In this document: positions 11,980 through 19,283 of the stretch, in pieces | How positions within the stretch are numbered: position 1 is the stretch's first letter | Layout: each line of letters begins with the position of its first letter | DNA from: Sinorhizobium meliloti | GTDB lineage: Bacteria > Pseudomonadota > Alphaproteobacteria > Rhizobiales > Rhizobiaceae | NCBI RefSeq assembly: GCF_017876815.1 | Contig: NZ_JAGIOS010000003.1 | Location: forward strand, 1,230,001-1,262,000 | DNA: 32,000 nt | Direction: 5' to 3' | Notes under the pieces: generated by a model | What the model was told of the DNA's origin: nothing | Database searches by the model: none | What the model saw: the letters and a program-made list of their open reading frames with translations, nothing else | Made by a program: the position numbers and the translations under genes

Positions 11980-12086
11980 GCTGCTCTCCATAGCTTGTCC
12001 GTCTTGAAGACGGCCGGCTAAACGAGATTCCGACACCCTGATACCATAAAGCGGAAGAAGCTTCTTGGCAGCTTCCGACCCAAGCT

Positions 12087-12893
12087 TCATAGGAGTTCTA
12101 ATACCCGCTGGCGCAGAAATGTTGCCGTCCGCTCGGAAGCAGCCTGCCGATTTTCCCAGTCGTCCCTGACCTTGCCCAGATAGGCCTCACGCGCATGGAT
12201 CAGCGTGCCAGCCTCCTGATCAGGCATCTGGTCTGCCGCCCATGTCGCTGCAGCATCCTTGGTGACGAAGTCGCCGGTGGTTGATGTACGCCACATGCGC
12301 GCAAGCGTCAGCAAGACGTTCCGCTCGTCCCCCTGTAGACTGTCGATCAATAAGGGGAGTGCATCGCGCATGGCGCGGCGAACTTGTTCCGGCGGAATCG
12401 AGGGCAGAAGCTCCTTTGCATCGGGGCCGAACAGTGGAACGGCCTCTTGTCGGGCCTGGGCCAGCACCAGCGTATTTTCCGGATCGGATATGGGAACCGG
12501 GAGTTCTTCGGATTCAAAGGCCTCCCGCAACCATTCGCCATAGATGAATTCAGCCCGAACAGGAAAATTCGGTGTGGCAATATCTGCCCGCAGAAACACC
12601 ATCAGTTCGATGCATCGGGGAGTTCCGACCGCACGCGGATGACGACCGGAAATCCGCAGCAAAGCCGCCAGAAGATCGCGACGCTGTTCGTCGGCCAGGG
12701 GGCAGTCGACGATGGCGAGGAGGTCGACGTCACTCTGCGGTCGCAAGCCACCCGAAACTGCCGATCCATGCAGATAAACCGCAAGAACCGCCTCCCGAAG
12801 AATGCTGCGGATGGTTTCTGTCGCTGCCAGTGCCTGGTCAATCTGCTGTCTGTCCGCTCTCATGCTGGGCTCGATATTCTTGGAATATGGCAA
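12087..12893 (-). CDS. AadA-like aminoglycoside nucleotidyltransferase (ANT(3'')/ANT(9) family)
   Basis: 268 aa. LHGSAVSGGLRPQSDVDLLAIV and GDERNVLLTLARMWRTSTTGDFVTKDAAATWA closely parallel AadA motifs recalled from memory (LYGSAVDGGLKPHSDIDLLV and GDERNVVLTLSRIWYSAVTGKIAPKDVAADWA). The start could also be the M at 12863. Confidence 0.85.
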   Translation of the reverse strand: MPYSKNIEPSMRADRQQIDQALAATETIRSILREAVLAVYLHGSAVSGGLRPQSDVDLLAIVDCPLADEQRRDLLAALLRISGRHPRAVGTPRCIELMVFLRADIATPNFPVRAEFIYGEWLREAFESEELPVPISDPENTLVLAQARQEAVPLFGPDAKELLPSIPPEQVRRAMRDALPLLIDSLQGDERNVLLTLARMWRTSTTGDFVTKDAAATWAADQMPDQEAGTLIHAREAYLGKVRDDWENRQAASERTATFLRQRVLELL

Positions 12894-12994
12894 GGAAGCG
12901 TACCAAGCTGTTCAACTGATATGAAGACTCCTGTGGTGCAAAGCAGACCTCCCACGCGCAGCCGGCGCCGGAATTGGGCGCAGATTCGTTTGGA

Positions 12995-15028
12995 TCAAGC
13001 CGCGCTCGACTCGCCCGGGTCACCATCGCGCAGCCACTGCACGTCACCCGGGGAGAGCGTAACCGAGAAAGCATCCAGGCTGTGGTTGAGCTCGGCGAGC
13101 AAGCACGGGCCGATCAGCGGGATGACACGGCCTTTCTGCGCCAGAACATAGGCGAGCGCTATTTGAATGGGGTCTTTGCCGAGCTTGCGCCCGAGTGCGA
13201 TCGCCCGGTCTCGCCGAGCGAAGTTGCCTTCGGAATACCAGGAGCGGGCGAGTTCCATATCGTCCAGCTTGCCGCGGCCTGCACGGTCGGTGAAGAAGCC
13301 GCGCGCCTGGCTCGACCAAGCGAAATTGGTGACGTCATTTTCCTCCAGCCAGCGCATCCAGGCGTCGTCCGAGGACGAGATGCAGCCAGCCCAGACCGGC
13401 TGGACCATCTCGGCCAGCGAGAAATTGTTGGAAAGCACGCTCGGTTTCGTCTTGCCCGCACGCTCGGCGTAGGCGATTGCCTCTTCGAAGCGTTCGCGTG
13501 TCCAGTTCGAACCGCCAATCGGGCCGCGGATGCGGCCGGCCGCCACCTCCGCGTCCATGGCGTCGACGAATTCGCCGACGGGGATGTCCGGATTGTCGCG
13601 GTGCATGAAATAGATGTCGACATAATCCGTGCCCATTCGCTCGAGACTGGTCGTCAGTTGCTTGCCGATCACGTCCGGATAGCACAGCGGACTGTGCGCG
13701 CCCTTGGCGATGACGACCGTTTCCTGGCGAACGCCGCGGCTGCGCATCCACTCGCCGACGAGCCGGTCCTGCACGCCATTGCCGTAGAGAAACGCCGTAT
13801 CGACCAGATTGCCGCCCGCCTCGAAAAAGGCATCGAGTACGATGGCGGCGGATGAGAAGGTCGAAAACTCCATGAGGCCGAGCGCAGCAAGCGAGATCTC
13901 CTTCTGCAGGCCGTCGATGCGGCCGCTCCGCACGAGACTCGTCTTGCGGCCAAGCTTGTCGCCGCGCACCGTCCGGGTCCGCATGGTGTGTTTCTCGCCT
14001 TCGTATTCCAGACCGATCGCCGCACGCCACTTGTCCATCACACGCAGATTTCCGAGTGTATCGGCCCGGCTCATGCCCGGATATGCGAACTCCGTGCGAC
14101 CCGCCCGGATCGCGTCGCCGGCGGCCTCGACCTCGAAGCTGTAGAGATGGCGCGGCTCGACGAGCGGGACTTCCTCCTGGCGGCCGTCGGCGTGGACAAT
14201 GCGGATGATGCTGGTGCCTCCCTGCTTACCGCCCGCGAACCAGAATTGATCGACCTCGATGCGGCCTTTTGTGCCGAGGATCCGCAGCACGTTTTCCTGC
14301 TCGAGAGACACCGAGCAGGAAAGCTCGGCGATGATGCCATTCGGGAAGGAGAGGAGAGCAGAGGTCCACTCGTCGACGCCCGTCCGGCCAAGATGGCCGA
14401 GAGCCGTCACCTCGGTCGGCTCCATCACGCCCGATGACGTGCCGATGCCCGCAATAAGGCGTGCCATGGAGGTGGTGTAGCCGCCCACGTCCAGTATGCC
14501 GCCGCCCGCCATTTCATTGGAGAAGAGGCGCTGCCCCTCATCGAAGGGCAGCTTGGCAAAACCGAAGCTCGACTGGATCTTGCGCACGTCGCCGACCATG
14601 CCGTTCTTCACGAGCTCGACGATCCTGGCGGTCAGCGGGTGAAGCCGATACATGTAGGCTTCGGCCATGAAGGTGCCCGCCTTGCGGGCGGCCTCGAACA
14701 TGGCGTCCGCCTGCGCTGTCGACAGACCCATCGGCTTCTCGCAGAGCACGTGCTTGCCCTTTTCGGCGGCCTTGATCGCCCATTCCGCGTGAAGCGGATG
14801 GACCGTTGCGATGTAGACCGCATCGATTTCCGGGTCGTCGATCAGTGCATCGTAGCCATCGACGATGCGCGCGCCCGGGAAATCCTCCGCAAGGCCGGAC
14901 TTTGCCGGATTGCGGGCGCCGATCGCGACGACCTTTCCGTTGGCGCATTGCAGCGCGCCGGCGAAGAAGTCCTTCGCGATGGTGCCGGGGCCGAGAATGC
15001 CCCAGCGGATCCTGGTCGGTTCGTTCAT
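12995..15028 (-). CDS. Two-domain oxidoreductase: N-terminal Gfo/Idh/MocA dehydrogenase fused to a C-terminal aldo/keto reductase
   Basis: 677 aa. N-terminal Rossmann fold IRWGILGPGTIAKDF.. plus a Gfo/Idh/MocA-like body over about 340 aa. The C-terminal half (..AGGNLVDTAFLYGNG..DYVDIYFMHRDNP..) is AKR-like. Confidence 0.85.
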   Translation of the reverse strand: MNEPTRIRWGILGPGTIAKDFFAGALQCANGKVVAIGARNPAKSGLAEDFPGARIVDGYDALIDDPEIDAVYIATVHPLHAEWAIKAAEKGKHVLCEKPMGLSTAQADAMFEAARKAGTFMAEAYMYRLHPLTARIVELVKNGMVGDVRKIQSSFGFAKLPFDEGQRLFSNEMAGGGILDVGGYTTSMARLIAGIGTSSGVMEPTEVTALGHLGRTGVDEWTSALLSFPNGIIAELSCSVSLEQENVLRILGTKGRIEVDQFWFAGGKQGGTSIIRIVHADGRQEEVPLVEPRHLYSFEVEAAGDAIRAGRTEFAYPGMSRADTLGNLRVMDKWRAAIGLEYEGEKHTMRTRTVRGDKLGRKTSLVRSGRIDGLQKEISLAALGLMEFSTFSSAAIVLDAFFEAGGNLVDTAFLYGNGVQDRLVGEWMRSRGVRQETVVIAKGAHSPLCYPDVIGKQLTTSLERMGTDYVDIYFMHRDNPDIPVGEFVDAMDAEVAAGRIRGPIGGSNWTRERFEEAIAYAERAGKTKPSVLSNNFSLAEMVQPVWAGCISSSDDAWMRWLEENDVTNFAWSSQARGFFTDRAGRGKLDDMELARSWYSEGNFARRDRAIALGRKLGKDPIQIALAYVLAQKGRVIPLIGPCLLAELNHSLDAFSVTLSPGDVQWLRDGDPGESSAA

Positions 15029-15080
15029 ATCGTACCTACTTTGGTTTGGTTTGAATGGATGGCCTTACATTGGAAACCCG

Positions 15081-15114
15081 CTCAAGGCGGTGGAAACACC
15101 GGCGGTGCCTTGAG
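15081..15114 (-). promoter_or_regulatory. Structured leader element upstream of the fused oxidoreductase
   Basis: An 8-bp stem ctcaaggc/gccttgag encloses two copies of ggcggtg (15086-15092 and 15101-15107). Each copy can pair with the single caccg at 15097-15101, and one option forms a GAAA tetraloop, giving two mutually exclusive hairpins. Confidence 0.25.
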
Positions 15115-15358
15115 GAACGTACGTCGGGACAGGCCGCGCTCAATCCAATTGAAAGTCACTCGATAATCCTCCCTGGAATGGCTCGATCAAGGCGCTCGCC
15201 CCGTCTCCTCCCAGGGCTGGCCGCCGGCAAAAAGGATCCCCGCGCCGGCGACGCAATGCGTCGCCTGCATTCACTGTAGGGATTTCTGCATTTCGGCCGA
15301 TCGCGGGTGATGCCCGGTTGATCGGCGCGCTCAGTTATGCATAGTCGGGAGTACGAGG

Positions 15359-15386
15359 CAATATTTAATTTACAAAATAAAATAAT
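15359..15386. promoter_or_regulatory. AT-rich imperfect palindrome abutting the ROK regulator start (candidate operator/promoter)
   Basis: caatatttaatttacaaaataaaataat is almost pure A/T in a GC-rich genome. Half-sites TTTAATTT and AAAATAAA are imperfectly symmetric. NagC/Mlc-type ROK operators are AT-rich palindromes. Confidence 0.3.
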
Positions 15387-16565
15387 ATGGGCGACGTGAG
15401 AACCAAGGGTGACCAGAGCACCACGCGTGCGATGAACCGCCGGCTTATCCTGAACCTGCTCCGGCGCGAGGGCGCAAAGAGTCGTGCCGAAATAGCCGCC
15501 GCCACGGGCCTGAGTCCCGCGGCCGTGACCTTCGTGGTGAGCGACCTCATCGAGGAAGGATTGCTCATCGAAGGTCAATCCGTAGCCGGCGCACAGGGCC
15601 GGCGTCCGATTCCGGTCGCAATCGATTATGCGGGCGGCGTAGCGCTGGGCTTCAAGTTGATGGCAGGCAGCGTCGAATGCGTAGTAACTGATTTAGAGAC
15701 GACACCGCTCGCTTCACTGCGGCTGCCGCTGCCGGCGCATGATCCCGATACGATTGCCGAGGCCCTCGCCGCAGCGGCGCCGAAGCTGGTTGCACTCGCC
15801 AACCGGCCGGCCGCCCGGCTCGCCGGGATTGGCATCGCTATGCCCGGGGTCATCGACAACCAGCGGGCGGTTTGTATCCGGAGCAATCGGTACGGTTGGG
15901 ACAATGTACCACTGGGCGATCTCGTGGCGAGCCGGATCGGGGTTCCCGTTTGGCTGGAAGACGACACCAATGCCTATGCGATCGCCCAGCAGCTTTTCGG
16001 CCTCGGACGGCATTACCAGACCATGGGTGTGCTTGCGATCGGGGTAGGGGTAGCCTGTTCTTTGGTGCTGGATGGTAAGCTTTATCGCGGTGCGCACGGC
16101 GCGGCCGGCAAGTTCGGCCATTTCCCGCATTTGGAGGGCGGCAGACCCTGCGAATGCGGCAAGCGCGGCTGCCTTATGTCCTACTTCTCAGAGCCGGCGA
16201 TGCTTAAAACCTGGCACGAACGCAGCGGCCGACCGGAGACGGACGGACGAGCCGAAATGGTCGCCGCCATCGCCGCCGGCGACAAGGCCGCTCATTCGGT
16301 CATGCGTGAAGCGGGTGAAACTTTGGGCCGGCACCTCGCCGGTCTGATGAACGTCATCGATCCGGAGGTAATCGTGGTCGGCGGCGAAGCAGTCGCCTAC
16401 GGCGACGCGCTCTTCGGACCCTTGCGAGCGACCCTTGAACGCTTTGCATTCCGTCAAGCACCGCCTGTTCTACTCGATTGGGAGGACGATTCCTGGGCCC
16501 GGGGTGCCGCGGCGCTCGTCACTCAAAAGCTATTCGACTTCGAGACAACGGCGGGCAATGCCTGA
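15387..16565 (+). CDS. ROK-family transcriptional regulator (NagC/Mlc/XylR-like)
   Basis: 392 aa. N-terminal HTH (..GDQSTTRAMNRRLILNLLRREGAKSRAEIAAATGLSPAAVT..), glucokinase-like fold and the ROK zinc motif CECGKRGCL. Confidence 0.87.
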   Translation: MGDVRTKGDQSTTRAMNRRLILNLLRREGAKSRAEIAAATGLSPAAVTFVVSDLIEEGLLIEGQSVAGAQGRRPIPVAIDYAGGVALGFKLMAGSVECVVTDLETTPLASLRLPLPAHDPDTIAEALAAAAPKLVALANRPAARLAGIGIAMPGVIDNQRAVCIRSNRYGWDNVPLGDLVASRIGVPVWLEDDTNAYAIAQQLFGLGRHYQTMGVLAIGVGVACSLVLDGKLYRGAHGAAGKFGHFPHLEGGRPCECGKRGCLMSYFSEPAMLKTWHERSGRPETDGRAEMVAAIAAGDKAAHSVMREAGETLGRHLAGLMNVIDPEVIVVGGEAVAYGDALFGPLRATLERFAFRQAPPVLLDWEDDSWARGAAALVTQKLFDFETTAGNA

Positions 16566-16636
16566 GCGCGCCTTAATCGCGGCCTCGCACCGTAGCCGCC
16601 ACGTCTTCCAATGCTCGCGGCGACCACTGCCACGAT

Positions 16637-17995
16637 TTGCCATATGAAATGCAACTCGCGAGTTCATCCGCCGGTGATCTTGCCAGCAGGAGGTGCTCCC
16701 CTAGATGGGCAAGGATGGAACTTCAGGAAAGTGCAGTTGCTGCCAGTCGCATGAGCGCCTCCCCGCAGGTGCGGTATCAGCCGCGCAGCCCGGCTGTCAC
16801 GGCCGAAGTGGAGCGCCTTCTCGCGGGCCGCACGCGTGACATCCGTCTCAGGGGTGAGCTCGGTCGCCTGTTCCAGGAGCGTTCGTGGTCGCGGACGGCC
16901 AAGATCATTCGCGCGTGGATGATATGGGTGACCTTGCTGGACGTACTGACGTTGGGTCTCAACGCGATCTTGCTGCCGAAGGCGGTCGCGCTGTCCATGC
17001 TTCCGCCGGCCTGCCTTCTCCCGCCCGCGGCTCTGGCCACCGCCTTCATCTGGCGAAAGCCGCGCGGCGTCTGGCTGCAAAGAGTGTCTTTGCTTGCAGG
17101 CTTGTTCCTCATCCTCCTGTCGGTTGCGCTGGTTGGCGTGAGCGCGGGCGGCGAGTTCTATGAACGGCACTTGAACATCATGCTGTTCGTCGCCATCACG
17201 GCCATCATCATTTTCGCAATTCCTCTGGCCTGGACGATGACCGTCGCCTCTTTCGCGCTCGGCCTTTACCTGATCTTTCAGTTGCAGAATCCGGGCCTGG
17301 AGAGGGGCAGTGCGGTGGCTGGGACGCTGTTTTTCGCCAGCGGGATTATCGCGACCGTCGTTGCCCGACGTACGATAACGATCCTCGCCCAGAAGACCTT
17401 CCTTCTCGAGCTTCGCGACATGCGGCGGGTGGCGGAGCTTGCCGACGCCAATGCCCGCCTCGAGCGCCTCGCCAAAACTGATCCCCTGACCGGGATCGCC
17501 AACAGGCGCTGGATGATGGAGACGCTCAATCGTCTCTGGAGCTCAGGCGCGGAGCGGCGGCCGGGTACCGCCATGCTGATGTGCGATATCGATGACTTCA
17601 AGAGCCTGAACGATCGTCTTGGTCACGCCGAGGGTGACCGATGCCTGGTGAAAGTTGCCGGGATAATTCAGAGCAGCGTCAGGCGAAACCGCGACCATGT
17701 AGCCCGCTACGGCGGTGAGGAATTTCTCGTAGTGCTTCCGGGCGCCAATGAAGAAGCTGCGGTGGCGACGGCTGAACGTATCAGGGCAAGCGTCGAAGCC
17801 GCCTCCCTCCCGAACCCCGCATCCCGTGTAGCGCCTTACGTCACCCTCAGCATTGGCGTAGCGGCGCAGGCGCCGGGTGAAGAGATCGTTGCGCCGGAGA
17901 AGCTTCAGAACCAGGCCGACGCGGCACTCTACCTGGCCAAACAAGCGGGCCGCAATCGCGTGGTGCTCTACCAGCCCGATCTGCCGACCGTATAG
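16637..17995 (+). CDS. Membrane-anchored diguanylate cyclase (GGDEF domain)
   Basis: 452-aa ORF with about 5 predicted TM helices followed by a GGDEF domain. Active site GGEEF, with the RxxD I-site (RNRD) five residues upstream. The true start is uncertain (alternatives M27 and M39). Confidence 0.8.
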   Translation: MPYEMQLASSSAGDLASRRCSPRWARMELQESAVAASRMSASPQVRYQPRSPAVTAEVERLLAGRTRDIRLRGELGRLFQERSWSRTAKIIRAWMIWVTLLDVLTLGLNAILLPKAVALSMLPPACLLPPAALATAFIWRKPRGVWLQRVSLLAGLFLILLSVALVGVSAGGEFYERHLNIMLFVAITAIIIFAIPLAWTMTVASFALGLYLIFQLQNPGLERGSAVAGTLFFASGIIATVVARRTITILAQKTFLLELRDMRRVAELADANARLERLAKTDPLTGIANRRWMMETLNRLWSSGAERRPGTAMLMCDIDDFKSLNDRLGHAEGDRCLVKVAGIIQSSVRRNRDHVARYGGEEFLVVLPGANEEAAVATAERIRASVEAASLPNPASRVAPYVTLSIGVAAQAPGEEIVAPEKLQNQADAALYLAKQAGRNRVVLYQPDLPTV

Positions 17996-18138
17996 CGGCG
18001 CGACGAGAGCGGGATTAGGAAAGGTCCGCTTTGACGCCGGTATGCAGGTGCCGGGACGAGGCGCGCGGCGCGCAACGCACAGGGCGCTGGGCCTTTGTTG
18101 TCGCCGGGCCGGTCCAGAGATCGGACAAAGTGGCGCTG

Positions 18139-18165
18139 AGAGCAGAATCTCATTCGTGCGGATCC
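18139..18165 (-). repeat. Copy 2 of the dispersed intergenic motif
   Basis: agagcagaatctcattcgtgcggatcc. It shares the AGAGC head and GCGG(T/A)TCC tail with the other copies and is the most divergent of the four. Confidence 0.25.
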
Positions 18166-18271
18166 CGCTGAACAGAAAGAATTTTCCAAAAGTTACGCGA
18201 TCGCGGGCCGGCCATTCATTCGTCGGCATCTGGATGCGTCCGCTTTTCGGTCTCGACGGGTTCAAGAAGAA

Positions 18272-18643
18272 ATGACGACAAGGAACACGCTTCTTTTCGG
18301 TGCAGCGCTGGCGGCGACCGCCGCTGTGGCAGTCGATCACCACAATCATCCCGTTCCGCGCGCCCAGCCGGGGGTAATCTCCGACTCGGCAGGAGGGGCA
18401 GCGCCCTGTGCCGCAGGTGCCCCGTGCTCCGCTGCCGCGCCGTGCGCCGCCGGCGCTCCGCTCGCAGCACCACCTCCACCACCCGCGCCAATGCCGTCCG
18501 CGCCTTGTGCCGCGGGAGCGCCCTGCGCCGCGGCGGCACCGAAGCTCGCGCCTCCGCCGCCGCCGGCTCCCCTGCCGACCGAGGGGAAGAAGCTTCCGCC
18601 GCCTCCGCCGCCCGCTCCCTTGCCGGTACAGGGAAATGGCTGA
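18272..18643 (+). CDS. Secreted Pro/Ala/Cys low-complexity repeat protein (hypothetical)
   Basis: 123 aa. Signal-peptide-like MTTRNTLLFGAALAATAAVAV, His cluster DHHNH, five APC units (AAPCAAGAPCSAAAPCAAGAP .. SAPCAAGAPCAAAAP) and three PPPPP(P)AP(M/L)P blocks. Its stop overlaps the next gene's ATG (ATGGCTGA). The SD is weak, so the call is tentative. Confidence 0.5.
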   Translation: MTTRNTLLFGAALAATAAVAVDHHNHPVPRAQPGVISDSAGGAAPCAAGAPCSAAAPCAAGAPLAAPPPPPAPMPSAPCAAGAPCAAAAPKLAPPPPPAPLPTEGKKLPPPPPPAPLPVQGNG

Positions 18644-19222
18644 GGAAGCCGTAGAACTCGCGCGCCGCGAGATCGCCTACTGCGAAACCTTGCTCGCCAA
18701 GGGCGGCCTCAACGTGCTCAGCGAGACCTTTCGCGACACGGCTGAAATCAAGGCCTGGGACCACTACCCGACCGGCGATGTGTTCGACCCGACGAGCGGC
18801 GCGCAGTGGTTCTATCACTGCCACCCGGCTGAAGAGGGGGCGGAAGAACACGGCCATTTCCACTGCTTCTTGCGACCGCAAGGACCGCAAGGGCCGATCC
18901 ACCATCTCGCGGCCGTCGGGGTTGACGCTCACGGGCGCCTTCTGCGGCTTTTCACGGTGAACCAGTGGTGGTCGGCGATGACTGGCTCGGCGCGGAAGGC
19001 ACGATCGCTCTTTTGCCGCGCTTCGACGTGCAGATGCCGCGGCCGTCTTATCTCGTGAACCGTTGGCTGACGGCAATTTTCACCGCCTACGAGCAGCAAA
19101 TAACCGAACTGATCCGCGAGCGTGACCGCGCCTTGCTCGCACACCGCCCGCCTGAAGGCGTCGAGGCGCGCCAGGACCGTGCGCTGGAGGTCACTTCGGA
19201 ACTCAAGCTCTCAGATCGATAG
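18636..19222 (+). pseudogene. Hypothetical His/Cys-motif protein interrupted by a 1-nt frameshift
   Basis: The frame from 18636 reads MAEEAVELARREIAYCETLL..WDHYPTGDVFDPTSGAQWFYHCHPAEEGAEEHGHFHCF..RLFTVNQW. A coding-like continuation VVGDDWLGAEGTIALLPRFDVQMPRPSYLVNRWLTAIFTAYEQQITELIRERD.. is in the -1 frame (ORF 18965..19222). The switch occurs at the GTGGTGG run around 18965-18971. GC3 is high in both parts. Confidence 0.55.
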
Positions 19223-19283
19223 GTATACCCGACCCCTTGCGGCCGACGCGCGGTGGCGGCATTTCAACCGCTCCCGGGCCGCA

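Noticed and set aside
11980-12893. The AadA-like gene as an integron cassette.
   Set aside because: No attC-like imperfect inverted repeat, no intI and no Pc-type context. The 108-nt region downstream holds only a short ccgtctt/aagacgg dyad.
18958-18972. Programmed ribosomal frameshift as the explanation for the split His-motif gene.
   Set aside because: I could see no X XXY YYZ slippery heptamer and no obvious downstream pseudoknot or stem. A simple indel in a GTGGTGG run is more parsimonious.
18216-19076. 286-aa minus-strand ORF covering the Pro/Cys-repeat and His-motif genes.
   Set aside because: The sequence is Arg/Ala-rich with no motifs. The plus-strand frames have a signal peptide, coupled stop/start, protein-like composition and high GC3.
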